Below are positions 38,780 through 48,506 of a stretch of DNA of 64,000 bases, piece by piece. Position 1 is the stretch's first letter. The number at the start of each line of letters is the position of its first letter. The stretch lies in the IMG/VR virus record IMGVR_UViG_3300017824_001452. One strand, given 5' to 3'. The position numbers were made by a program, and so were the translations under genes. This DNA is from a virus. A model generated the notes under the pieces. The model had not been told where the DNA came from and did no database searches. It saw only the letters and a list, made by a program, of their open reading frames with translations.

Positions 38780-40127
38780 ACGCATAGCATTCTTAATGTC
38801 ATATCAACATCTTATTCCCCATGGGGGCATAGGACAATTTGCTTTAAGTTTCGTAAAGCAAATGAAGGATAATAATATCAAAGTTGATATCATTACAGAC
38901 AAATTTGACAAGCATACAGAGTTTACTAAGACTTTGCAGAACGACGGTGCTAGATTTATCTACACAGACAATCCTTTGTCTTATTCTAAACATCAAGGTA
39001 TCTTCATGTATGGCGATAGTTACTGTTTAGAACGTATGATTAACTTTAGGAACTCAGTGATCAAAGCCTTAGAGTCTAATCTGTATGATTCTATTGTTTG
39101 TAATACTTACGAAACTTCACGTTTAATGTCTGAGATCGGATTAGAAGATTGTATTCAGATTATCAACTACACACATTTAGAAAGTCAGTTATTTGAGAAT
39201 ACAAAGAATCCTTTCTTAGACAACGTGAATCATTCTATGAGATTGCAAAGACAAATCTCTAACACAACTATTGGTACGCAAAGTGAGTTCAACACTCAGG
39301 TACTAGGTAGTTCAGAACTTAACGCAGTACATCTACCTATACCATTACCCGAACCTAGTCTATTAGAAGAACATCACAAAGAAAGAACAGGTGTACTTTA
39401 TATCGGTAGATGGGAAGAAGGAAAAGGTCCTGAAGACTTTTTGAAAGTTATTGAACAGACTAAACTGCCTGCTAAAGTTATGACTAACGCAAATGGTGCT
39501 AAGAAGTTTGAGGCACGATTAAAAGAGTTAGGCGTAGACTATGAAATTAAGTCAGGTATTATAGGACAAGAAAAGGTTAACTTTATTACTGGTGCAAGGA
39601 TAGCATTCAATCCAAGTACTGTTGAGAGTTATGGTATTGCATTTTTAGAACAACATATTCAATTGCCTACTGTAGCATACGAAGGAAAACGTTGGCTAAA
39701 GAATTTCGATGATAAGTATTATTATGTAGGAGACAAAAGTAACGTAGCAGATATTATCTCCGTGCTTTATGAAGAATATCCTACAGCAGAGTCTTATTAT
39801 AAGTTAGGTGCATTGGCTCATTATAATGCACAAGAACAACTGATTGCTCAAAAGTGGATAAACTGTTTTAACAGTTTTGTTAGCAAAAAGTCTAATAATT
39901 CGACTGCAGGTATATTACAGCATACCACAACAAGTCACGCAGATTACATTAGTAGTCTGAACAGAAGTACAATATGTATTGATGATGTACGAAGTGTATT
40001 GACTAATAGGCATAAGTTCATAGTATGTTACACAGATACTGACACTTGGTTGACAACTGATCCATATTTTCAACCACCTGAAACTGTATCAAGTACACAA
40101 TCAGCACAATTATTTGAAGGATTATAA
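38769..40127 (+). CDS. GT4-like glycosyltransferase
   Basis: PHGGIGQF, LYIGRWEEGKG, PSTVESYGIAFLE; GGAG SD supports the start at 38769. Confidence 0.85.
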   Translation: MYNKRIAFLMSYQHLIPHGGIGQFALSFVKQMKDNNIKVDIITDKFDKHTEFTKTLQNDGARFIYTDNPLSYSKHQGIFMYGDSYCLERMINFRNSVIKALESNLYDSIVCNTYETSRLMSEIGLEDCIQIINYTHLESQLFENTKNPFLDNVNHSMRLQRQISNTTIGTQSEFNTQVLGSSELNAVHLPIPLPEPSLLEEHHKERTGVLYIGRWEEGKGPEDFLKVIEQTKLPAKVMTNANGAKKFEARLKELGVDYEIKSGIIGQEKVNFITGARIAFNPSTVESYGIAFLEQHIQLPTVAYEGKRWLKNFDDKYYYVGDKSNVADIISVLYEEYPTAESYYKLGALAHYNAQEQLIAQKWINCFNSFVSKKSNNSTAGILQHTTTSHADYISSLNRSTICIDDVRSVLTNRHKFIVCYTDTDTWLTTDPYFQPPETVSSTQSAQLFEGL

Positions 40128-40354
40128 TGGGCGAATGGTTTACAAAATTCTGGAAGAAGCCAGAACCAATAGAGATTAAAAAAGAAACAGTCGTTATAGA
40201 CATGATGAAGGATGACGTAGATCCTGATGAAGTAACGATTGAGAACGCATACAAAACTAGATGGATATGGTATCACACAATATTAGCCATAGGCATCTTT
40301 CTTACTAACGTATTGCTAATTGCAATACTAACTATACTGGCGATAAAATTATGA
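40127..40354 (+). CDS. Small membrane protein
   Basis: C-terminal TM helix. Confidence 0.7.
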   Translation: MGEWFTKFWKKPEPIEIKKETVVIDMMKDDVDPDEVTIENAYKTRWIWYHTILAIGIFLTNVLLIAILTILAIKL

Positions 40355-41190
40355 AAAAAGTATTAATAACAGGATGTTCGGGCTATATAGGTTCTCATTT
40401 AATTAACAAATTAAAAGACGATTATGATGTATGGGGATTAGATTTGTTTCCTCCTAAAGCAGAGATTAAAGAGAGCCAGTTTATACAGCATGACATCAAT
40501 CATCCTTTTGGAGAGTTTCCAGAAGAATTTGATACAGTCATTCATCTAGCGGCTAGAGTCAGAGTTAACGAAAGTAAACAAGTACCTATTCAATACTACA
40601 TCACTAACCTTAATGGTACGATGAACGTATTGGCTAAGATTAAAACAAAGAACTTTATATTCTCATCCACAGGTGTTGCTGAGTATTGTAATGATCCATA
40701 TGGTACGTCTAAAAAAGCGGCAGAAGATGTCGTAATTGAGTATTGTACTGAACACAACAAACAAGATTTTACTATTTTTAGGTTTTATAATGTAGCAGGG
40801 GTAGACGGTCATGGTCCGACTAACCCAGATGGACTAATGGCAAACTTATTACAAGCACCACAAAAAGGACATTTTACAATTTTTGGTGACGACTATGATA
40901 CACCCGACGGTACATGCGTGAGAGATTATATTCACGTGAATGAAGTCTGTGAGGGTATTAAATCAGCAATTGAAAAACCAGCAAACAAAGTTGAATGTTT
41001 AGGACACGGAAAAGGTTACAGTGTTAAAGAAATGGTTGAAACATTTAAACAAGTTAATAATATAGACTTTAAAGTCGTACACTCAACACGCAGACAAGGT
41101 GACCTACCCGAAACTGTTTTAAAAGAAAAATCTGAGTATATGAAGGAACTTTATACTTTAGAAGAATTACTTAAAGTAGTACAGGATTAG
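40351..41190 (+). CDS. galE: UDP-glucose 4-epimerase-like NAD-dependent epimerase
   Basis: TGCSGYIG, HLAA, YGTSK, FRFYNVAG, DYDTPDGTCVRDYIHV. Confidence 0.88.
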   Translation: MKKVLITGCSGYIGSHLINKLKDDYDVWGLDLFPPKAEIKESQFIQHDINHPFGEFPEEFDTVIHLAARVRVNESKQVPIQYYITNLNGTMNVLAKIKTKNFIFSSTGVAEYCNDPYGTSKKAAEDVVIEYCTEHNKQDFTIFRFYNVAGVDGHGPTNPDGLMANLLQAPQKGHFTIFGDDYDTPDGTCVRDYIHVNEVCEGIKSAIEKPANKVECLGHGKGYSVKEMVETFKQVNNIDFKVVHSTRRQGDLPETVLKEKSEYMKELYTLEELLKVVQD

Positions 41191-43085
41191 TGCATCAACA
41201 AGTAGGTACCTAAAACATCAGCACGATTGGCTGAATCGTCTCCGTCTCCCGGCTTGACAATAACGTTATAAATCCCTCTTTTAAATGATCTATCACCGTC
41301 TGCTACTCCGCCGCCTACTCCGCCTCCACCATATGGTGTCTTCATCATTTCATCATAAGTGATAATTGATTTAGGATCGATAGAATATTTGGCAGCCATA
41401 CGTTCTTTAAACGTTTCAAAATCTTTTTGATCGTTCCACTGCCATTCACCATCAGGACCTTTTACTAATCTGTTTCCGTCTTTTTTAAGTAGATCACTAA
41501 ACAAGTCTTTTGGTACTACAGTTGAATGTTTTTCTATACCGAAATCTACACGTTTTTGTTCTGCTTTTCTAGCACCCATTGAGAAGTTAATCATAAAGTT
41601 AGGTGGTCTATTTTGAGTAGCACCCGATACATCTGCTCGTTTAGTATATGCATAGAAGTCTACTGTTGGGTGTGTAGCGGCTAGTTTGTATGCTAAGTCT
41701 AAGTATTCATCAGAAAAAAAGTCTCCTGCATCATGCCAACGTACAGTAACTTTATGTTTTTCTTGTTTAGCATCACCTTTACGTTTTTGTTCATCAATTT
41801 CTGCATTTAATTGATCAAAGAAACCACTTGGATCATTATACAGATAGTTTAAAATTCTTGTTTGACTAAGTGATACTGGAGCCCATTGTACATAACCGCC
41901 TTTTAATGCATAGCAGAATGTCTTACATTCGCCTGCTCCCGGGCATGTATTAATAATTACAAACTCTTTCTTTTCTTCATCATAGCCTAATCCTGTTAAA
42001 GCAGGAAGACCGATGTTGTAGAAAATACTAGTTGTACCGTCACTATGTTGCATCTTTTCGTTTTGCTTAAGTAACGTTTTGGGTCTTTCAGTAATGTCTG
42101 CGGCCAACTTATCTAAATCAAATCGTTTTCCTTCTGGATCTACAATCGGAATATAATTCTTAACGTTTGATCTATGCACATAAGGCAACTTGTACTTGTC
42201 AGTTTTCTTCTTATCTTTTGACAGAACTCTGTCTAAGTAATCGTTTAATTCTTTATCTTTAATGACTCTTGTAGGTGCATCGATTGCTTCATCGACATCA
42301 TCTTTAACTTTTTTTCCAGTCTGACCGCCCAGTTGTTTGATGTGTCTAAGTTCTCTAGCCCACTCACCTTCGTCTGATTTGTTATGATCTCTGGAGTCTG
42401 TCTTAGGGGGAGTTGCTTTTAGCATTCTATCTGCTAAATCTTTTTCTGTAGATTTGCTGTAAGGTACTGCTGGTTTTTTACCATCTTTACCTAGTTCTTC
42501 AAACATAGTGTCATCAGTTTCTAATTCTTCTTCTCTACCTGTAACGACTTCATCTTCTCTAGGACCAAATCCAATTCTTACTGGATTACCTTCAGCATCA
42601 ACGTGACCTGTACCTAAACATTGTCTACATGTAACAACTTCGGCATCGTCTTCAGTTTCATCAACTACTGTACCGTCTCCATCACATTGATTACATTGAT
42701 ATACTTTAGCAACTTCTATTCTAGTGCTACCATCAGCACGTGGTTGCCATTTATATTCGTTTAATTCGTCTTCTTCTAATTCACCGGGCTTAGATCCAAA
42801 GTAAGAATCCATTTCCTGATCAATTGTTGGTAATTTATTATCAGAGATATTTTCGTCTACTTCTCTATTTGGAACTTCAACACCCTCGTCACGTAAAAAT
42901 TCGGGTAAAGTTTCTACCTCGAATTTATCGACCATTGCTTCTAATGTTTCTTCGGCGTGAGCGGCAAATCTTGCGTTGCCTTTGACGAAATCTGACGTTT
43001 CTCCAGGATTAGATTCGGGTAAATGAGGCTTGACATCACTCTCATTTTCCTGTATCATATCTAGTATGTTTCGTATATCACTCAT
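41187..43085 (-). CDS. Acidic N-terminal region with zinc finger fused to phage gp88-like (radical-SAM-related) domain
   Basis: TCPGAGECKTFCYA, VRWHDAGDF, FYAYTK; CNQCDGDG/CRQCLGTG; GATAAATA-N5-ATG. Confidence 0.7.
   Translation of the reverse strand: MSDIRNILDMIQENESDVKPHLPESNPGETSDFVKGNARFAAHAEETLEAMVDKFEVETLPEFLRDEGVEVPNREVDENISDNKLPTIDQEMDSYFGSKPGELEEDELNEYKWQPRADGSTRIEVAKVYQCNQCDGDGTVVDETEDDAEVVTCRQCLGTGHVDAEGNPVRIGFGPREDEVVTGREEELETDDTMFEELGKDGKKPAVPYSKSTEKDLADRMLKATPPKTDSRDHNKSDEGEWARELRHIKQLGGQTGKKVKDDVDEAIDAPTRVIKDKELNDYLDRVLSKDKKKTDKYKLPYVHRSNVKNYIPIVDPEGKRFDLDKLAADITERPKTLLKQNEKMQHSDGTTSIFYNIGLPALTGLGYDEEKKEFVIINTCPGAGECKTFCYALKGGYVQWAPVSLSQTRILNYLYNDPSGFFDQLNAEIDEQKRKGDAKQEKHKVTVRWHDAGDFFSDEYLDLAYKLAATHPTVDFYAYTKRADVSGATQNRPPNFMINFSMGARKAEQKRVDFGIEKHSTVVPKDLFSDLLKKDGNRLVKGPDGEWQWNDQKDFETFKERMAAKYSIDPKSIITYDEMMKTPYGGGGVGGGVADGDRSFKRGIYNVIVKPGDGDDSANRADVLGTYLLMH
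43030..43058 (+). promoter_or_regulatory. sigma70-type promoter for uvsE inside the antisense gene
   Basis: TTGACA-N17-TATCAT. Confidence 0.55.
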
Positions 43086-43123
43086 AGGTTTATTTATCCA
43101 TCACTTTATAAGAGTATTTATCA

Positions 43124-44146
43124 ATGTTTACAGATAATAATATTAAACGCATAGGTTTCGCCTGCAAATGGTCTGAGATCAATGACAAAGATCAACTAGT
43201 TTCTACTGAGGGACTCAATACAGGTGGCACTACACTAACGTGGTTGCGTAATAACCCTGACAAAGCAGAAGACAAGATGTGGGAAGTCATGGAACGCAAC
43301 TTGACTAATACATACAATCTTGTATCTAAAGTTGCTACTCTTCCCCTATCACTACGTATGGTACGTCTAACTAGTGATATGATGACTGGTTACACACATC
43401 CGGAGTTCTCATATTTTTACAAACGTGCTGATGTTATCAATCGCATGGAGCAACTATGTGCGCCGATCGGTGAAGTTGCACGTGCAAACAATGTTAGACT
43501 ATCATTTCATCCAGGTCAATTTACTGTCCTTGCTTCAGAAACTGACAGTATTGTCGATAATAGTATAGAGGAGTTTGAATATCATGTGGATATGGCAAGG
43601 GCAATGGGTTACGGTAAGCAATTTCAGGACTTCAAAATCAACGTACACATCTCAGGACGTAGAGGTCCCCAAGGTATCATTGATATCTTACCTAGACTCT
43701 CTCCCGAGGCCCGCAACACAATCACAATCGAAAACGATGAAATGTCATGGGGACTTGACGCAAGCCTCGAACTCGCCGATCATCTTGCACTCGTACTGGA
43801 CATACACCATCACTGGGTCAAAGAGGGAGAATATATTCTACCAACAGATGATAGATGTAAACGTATAATTGATTCTTGGCGAGGTGTTCGTCCTGTCATT
43901 CACTATTCAGTATCACGTGAGGATTATCTTACAGGACACAACCTTGATCAAATGCCCGATCTGAATACTCTACTAGAGTCAGGGCACAAGAAACAAAAAC
44001 TTAGGGCACATTCTGACTACTACTGGAACAATGCTGTTAATGATTGGGCCATCGAACATCTATCATGGGCTGATATGATGTGCGAGTCTAAAGCAAAAAA
44101 TCTTGCGTCCTTCCAATTACATGATAAGTATATAGAGAGGACTTAA
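43124..44146 (+). CDS. uvsE: UV damage endonuclease
   Basis: IGFACK, RLSFHPGQF, IENDE, VLDIHHH, HYS, AHSD, MCESKAK. Confidence 0.93.
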   Translation: MFTDNNIKRIGFACKWSEINDKDQLVSTEGLNTGGTTLTWLRNNPDKAEDKMWEVMERNLTNTYNLVSKVATLPLSLRMVRLTSDMMTGYTHPEFSYFYKRADVINRMEQLCAPIGEVARANNVRLSFHPGQFTVLASETDSIVDNSIEEFEYHVDMARAMGYGKQFQDFKINVHISGRRGPQGIIDILPRLSPEARNTITIENDEMSWGLDASLELADHLALVLDIHHHWVKEGEYILPTDDRCKRIIDSWRGVRPVIHYSVSREDYLTGHNLDQMPDLNTLLESGHKKQKLRAHSDYYWNNAVNDWAIEHLSWADMMCESKAKNLASFQLHDKYIERT

Positions 44147-44560
44147 ATGTTAGACAAGATTAAAAACATGTTCGGTAAAAAGCCCGAACCCAAAAAGAAA
44201 AAATCAGCACCGAAACTTAGTGAAAAAGAAAAAGCAACTAGAGCCGGGGAGCCTTGGGTATCTATTTTAAATGTAGATGTCAATCCTGATGATATAAACA
44301 ACGGTGCTTTTGAAATGGATTGGAATGATAAGTTTGTATTGAATCTTATTAAGGCAGGTTACAAAGAAAAAGAAGACGATACAGATGAAATGATTGTAGA
44401 CAGATGGTTTCAACAAGTTTGTCGCAATATTGCACTAGAAGTATATGAGCAAGATCAAGCAGATCCTTACAATAGAAAAGATAAAGATCCTATTACCGGT
44501 GCTGACATGAGAGTTGTCAGCAGTAAAGACATAGGTGACGGAAGGTCGGAGGTAAGTTAA
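44147..44560 (+). CDS. Hypothetical protein
   Basis: GATAAGTA late-like box and GAGG SD upstream. Confidence 0.75.
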   Translation: MLDKIKNMFGKKPEPKKKKSAPKLSEKEKATRAGEPWVSILNVDVNPDDINNGAFEMDWNDKFVLNLIKAGYKEKEDDTDEMIVDRWFQQVCRNIALEVYEQDQADPYNRKDKDPITGADMRVVSSKDIGDGRSEVS

Positions 44561-44883
44561 TGGAAAGGATAGTGTTTTGTAAAAAATATCAAGAGGAACT
44601 TCCTGCAATGTCATTTCCACCTTTACCTGGACAAGCCGGTATAGACTTAATGGAAACTGTATCTCAAAAAGCCTTTGATGCATGGAAACTGCATCAAACT
44701 ACACTAATCAATGAACGTAGACTAGACTTGTCTATTGCTGAGAATAGAACATTCCTTATTGAAGAAATGCATAAATTTTTCGATAACAAAGAAGTTGCTC
44801 AAGCAGAAGGTTTTGTAGATCCAAACAAAACATTGGACAATGCAGTTCAGTCATATCAACCTCCTTTATCCGATAATAAATAG
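44560..44883 (+). CDS. yggX: Fe(II)-trafficking/oxidative damage protection protein YggX
   Basis: RIVFCKKY, PPLPG, VSQKAFDAW..HQTTLINE.RL. Confidence 0.9.
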   Translation: MERIVFCKKYQEELPAMSFPPLPGQAGIDLMETVSQKAFDAWKLHQTTLINERRLDLSIAENRTFLIEEMHKFFDNKEVAQAEGFVDPNKTLDNAVQSYQPPLSDNK

Positions 44884-44888
44884 TCTAC

Positions 44889-46397
44889 ATGACTAAGCAT
44901 AACCTAGATCAAGGGTTTATCCCCTATAAAGATGACATAATTAAATGCATTAAGACGGAACTAGATAATCCCCATGGACCTAGTTTTTCAGGAAGTATGC
45001 ACACTTCAATATTGTTGGGAGCCGATGCATATAAAGAGTATTTTGAAATTCACGGCTATAACTTTTCAATACAATCATACATAGGGCCCGGTAGAAATTG
45101 GGTAGGTGATGATAGATATAATGAAGCAATTCGTATTATAGGCGATTATATATGGGAAAAAGCACAAGAGGCCGGCAAAAACAAATTTGTTTTAAAATGT
45201 GCATCAGAAGGTTATACCTTTTTAGATTTAAAAATTTGGTCTGATGTATTTGAATACATTAATCATGGATACTTAGTAGGTGATGATAAACCAGACATAG
45301 TAACTATGAACCATTTTGCAATGATTTGGGCATGTGCTCCTCATACAAAAAACTATCGATATATGATAGAACACAACAAAAAATATAAATTAATGTTGCA
45401 TATGGCTCAGATATGTACTAACGGATTAGAAGATACACTTAATAGTCAATGGTCTAGGGCCAATAAAGAAGAACAAAAAACATTAAGAAAATTAAACAGT
45501 AAACCAAAAATTAAACCCTATAAATTTTTGTTTTACAACAACCATCCTAAAATAAACAGAATTTATTTTGTAGGTCAAATAATTAGACGAAATTTACATG
45601 ACAAAGGAATGATGTCATTAAACATAACTGAAGATCAGTGGTGGAATTGTATTGAACAATATGCTGATCCTGACAATGATTTTATTCAAGCCTTTTTCCC
45701 TGAAACAGGGCCAGACGTGTTTCAAGCATTGATTAATAACAAAGATTTGACCTTACAATTAAAAGGTTTAGGAAGCAGAGATTACCAAGGCACCAATCAA
45801 TTTGATTTAAATAATTTTCATATGGACCAAGATCAATGGATATCTTTAGGTGAAGATACTATTGAACATGTAAATAAATGTTATTTTGCTATTATTACCG
45901 AAACAAAATACTTACAAGATGTAACTAATAAAACTCATCCAAACTTGTATAGTTCCGGCTGGAAGGTGCAGAGGCCAACCGCTATCTACGAAGAAAAGGA
46001 AGTAATTGACCATGAGTATGAATTTCCATGTACTATAGATACTAACTTTATAGATTGTATTACATTTACTGAAAAAACATATAAATTTATTATGGCAAAA
46101 ATTCCTTTTATTTTGTGTGGCATGCCCGGTGCGTTAGCAGTATTAAGAGAAACAGGATACAAGACCTTTTCGCCATGGATTAATGAAGCATATGACTTGA
46201 TCGAAAATGACGAAGATAGAGCAGTTGCAATTGCTGATGAAATCGAAAGGCTATGTTCTATGAATGATGAGTGGTGGTTAGACGCCCAAAAAGAACTTAT
46301 CCCTAGACTGGAATACAACTTTCAACATCTTATTGCATCTAATGGAAGGTGTCAACAAACCTTCAGATTTGCAATCGGCGCTCACACCGAAGATTAA
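44889..46397 (+). CDS. Putative glycosyltransferase-like protein
   Basis: FAIITET...FTEKTYK.I...PFIL.G...L...GYKTF...INE.YD pattern of GT10-like phage proteins. Confidence 0.5.
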   Translation: MTKHNLDQGFIPYKDDIIKCIKTELDNPHGPSFSGSMHTSILLGADAYKEYFEIHGYNFSIQSYIGPGRNWVGDDRYNEAIRIIGDYIWEKAQEAGKNKFVLKCASEGYTFLDLKIWSDVFEYINHGYLVGDDKPDIVTMNHFAMIWACAPHTKNYRYMIEHNKKYKLMLHMAQICTNGLEDTLNSQWSRANKEEQKTLRKLNSKPKIKPYKFLFYNNHPKINRIYFVGQIIRRNLHDKGMMSLNITEDQWWNCIEQYADPDNDFIQAFFPETGPDVFQALINNKDLTLQLKGLGSRDYQGTNQFDLNNFHMDQDQWISLGEDTIEHVNKCYFAIITETKYLQDVTNKTHPNLYSSGWKVQRPTAIYEEKEVIDHEYEFPCTIDTNFIDCITFTEKTYKFIMAKIPFILCGMPGALAVLRETGYKTFSPWINEAYDLIENDEDRAVAIADEIERLCSMNDEWWLDAQKELIPRLEYNFQHLIASNGRCQQTFRFAIGAHTED

Positions 46398-46450
46398 TTT
46401 ACCCAATTTACCCATAAAGGCTTGCAATATACGTATATTTTGCGTATAAT
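46396..46450 (+). promoter_or_regulatory. AATTTACCC tandem repeat plus sigma70 promoter
   Basis: AATTTACCC x2 (46396-46413); TTGCAA-N17-TATAAT. Confidence 0.65.
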
Positions 46451-46483
46451 AGCATATTATTAAATGATAAATAAGAGACTCAT

Positions 46484-47491
46484 ATGAAATATGCCCTTAT
46501 AGATACGGCAAACACGTTTTTTCGTGCCCGTCATGTCGCAAGTCGGAATTCAAATACTTGGGAAAAGATAGGTATGGCACTGCATCTACAGTTAGCATCT
46601 GCTAATCAGGCAGTGCGTAGGTTTGGTATTGACCATGTTGTATTTTGTTTAGAGGGTCGTTCATGGCGTAAAGAGTTTTACACACCTTACAAAGCAAATC
46701 GTAAGGTAGCGGCACAGTCATTGACTGAAGCGGAACAAGAAGAAAATGAAATGTTTTGGGAGACTTATGAAACATTTACAACGTATCTCAAGGACAAGAC
46801 TAACTGTAGTGTCTTACGAGATCCCAATGCTGAGGCTGACGATTTGATTGCTCGTTTCATTGCATTACATCCTGATGATGAACATGTCATTATATCTAGT
46901 GACTCAGATTATGTTCAACTTATCGCAGAGAATGTACATCAATACAATGGCGTGTCTAATCAGTTTATCTGCTTAGATGGTTACTTTGATGACAAAAATC
47001 GTCCAATCAAAGACAAGAAAACAGGTGAACCCAAGTTACTTGAAGACCCTGCTTATCTACTCTTTGAAAAATGTATGCGTGGCGACACTACTGATAATGT
47101 GTTTAGTGCATATCCAGGTGTACGTAAGAAGGGTACAAAGAACAAAACAGGTTTGCTAGAAGCATATGCAGATAAAGACAAGGGTGGATTCAACTGGAAT
47201 AACATCATGTTACAACGTTGGACTGATCATAATGAAGTCGAACATAGAGTACGTGATGATTATGAACGCAATCGTGTGTTGATCGATTTGACAGCACAAC
47301 CCGAGGTTATTAGAAATCAAGTTGATACTACTATCAAAAATGGCGTAAATGAAAAGAAAGAAGTCCCTCAAGTAGGTGTACACTTTATGCGTTTTTGTGG
47401 TAAGTATGAACTTAACAGAATCAGTGATCAAGCAGATAGTTATTCTAAATGGTTGAACGCACCATATTCAGGGAAACTAGTAGATGGTTAA
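46484..47491 (+). CDS. rnh: T4 RNase H-like 5'-3' exonuclease
   Basis: LIDTAN, SWRK..Y..YKANR, EADDLIA, ISSDSDYVQL, GDTTDNV. Confidence 0.9.
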   Translation: MKYALIDTANTFFRARHVASRNSNTWEKIGMALHLQLASANQAVRRFGIDHVVFCLEGRSWRKEFYTPYKANRKVAAQSLTEAEQEENEMFWETYETFTTYLKDKTNCSVLRDPNAEADDLIARFIALHPDDEHVIISSDSDYVQLIAENVHQYNGVSNQFICLDGYFDDKNRPIKDKKTGEPKLLEDPAYLLFEKCMRGDTTDNVFSAYPGVRKKGTKNKTGLLEAYADKDKGGFNWNNIMLQRWTDHNEVEHRVRDDYERNRVLIDLTAQPEVIRNQVDTTIKNGVNEKKEVPQVGVHFMRFCGKYELNRISDQADSYSKWLNAPYSGKLVDG

Positions 47492-48002
47492 AACTGAAAA
47501 TAAAATTTACGTTTACGAACTTAATGGAGAAAAAATGATATTAGATGTAGAATTGACTGCAAAGCCCGTCAAAGATGATGAGTTTTGGATTTTAAAAGAC
47601 GGCGAAAGAAAAGTCGGTAATGTTTGTGCAAACAATGTAGGAACATTTAACGTTACTTTACAAGACGAAGTATTTGAATTTGAGTCTATCAAAAAGATTC
47701 AAAAGAATACCAAAATTAAGTTTGTGGCACCCAAAGAATCTAAGAAACAAACAGAGACACCTTACCCAGAGTATCCTACTACAGCAAGGACATATAACTC
47801 TGTGTATGATGTAAAAAGAGGTCTTCATGTTTTTACAAAAACAAAAAAATCAAAATGTTTTCATGCCGCAGGTTATTTTGTAGTCGAACATAATGGCATC
47901 GAACAAGTAATATTTTGTCCAAAATATATCTTTATTCAAAGATATCCCTATCAAGGACCATTTAAAACACGTGAAGAAGCAAAAAATCTGATAAATATAT
48001 AA
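47484..48002 (+). CDS. Hypothetical protein
   Basis: Packed ORF. Confidence 0.75.
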   Translation: MVKTENKIYVYELNGEKMILDVELTAKPVKDDEFWILKDGERKVGNVCANNVGTFNVTLQDEVFEFESIKKIQKNTKIKFVAPKESKKQTETPYPEYPTTARTYNSVYDVKRGLHVFTKTKKSKCFHAAGYFVVEHNGIEQVIFCPKYIFIQRYPYQGPFKTREEAKNLINI

Positions 48003-48009
48003 GCATATT

Positions 48010-48210
48010 ATGTTACGCATAAAAGATTTTGTGAACACGGTATCATTGGGAGAAACGAAAAGGAAAACTACTATTGTACTTCCAATCGAACAAGCCAAAG
48101 GTTTACGTGATGAATTAGTTATGTTGTTAGCAGATTTGCATGAATTAAAAAAGGAAAAGGATAGTGAAGAAACAATTAGTGTACAAGTTAAAGGCGGCTC
48201 TTTCAAGTGA
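48010..48210 (+). CDS. Hypothetical protein
   Basis: Late box upstream; ends VKGGSFK. Confidence 0.7.
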   Translation: MLRIKDFVNTVSLGETKRKTTIVLPIEQAKGLRDELVMLLADLHELKKEKDSEETISVQVKGGSFK

Positions 48211-48506
48211 GTAGAAGCCAACCCCATGTCATATTGGAGTATGTCGATAAAGAAACATACAAATGCGATCAAATTATCGAAGCATCAGGTATTTGGGCCG
48301 TATACTATGATGATCAGCCCATTAACCTAAAATCCTCACATTATCTAAATGACGATGCGGCCCCAAAGTATAAGAAAACTAGTTTCTCTAATCCGGGACA
48401 TGCAAGAAATCTGTGCCGTAAATTGAATTCTCAATTTAAAACAGATAAATTCACAGTAGTATTTTTAAACTCCGGACGTATTGTTTATCCGGATGATCTT
48501 TCCTAA
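48207..48506 (+). CDS. Hypothetical protein (KYKKTSFSNPGHA motif)
   Basis: GTGA overlap start. Confidence 0.75.
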   Translation: MSRSQPHVILEYVDKETYKCDQIIEASGIWAVYYDDQPINLKSSHYLNDDAAPKYKKTSFSNPGHARNLCRKLNSQFKTDKFTVVFLNSGRIVYPDDLS

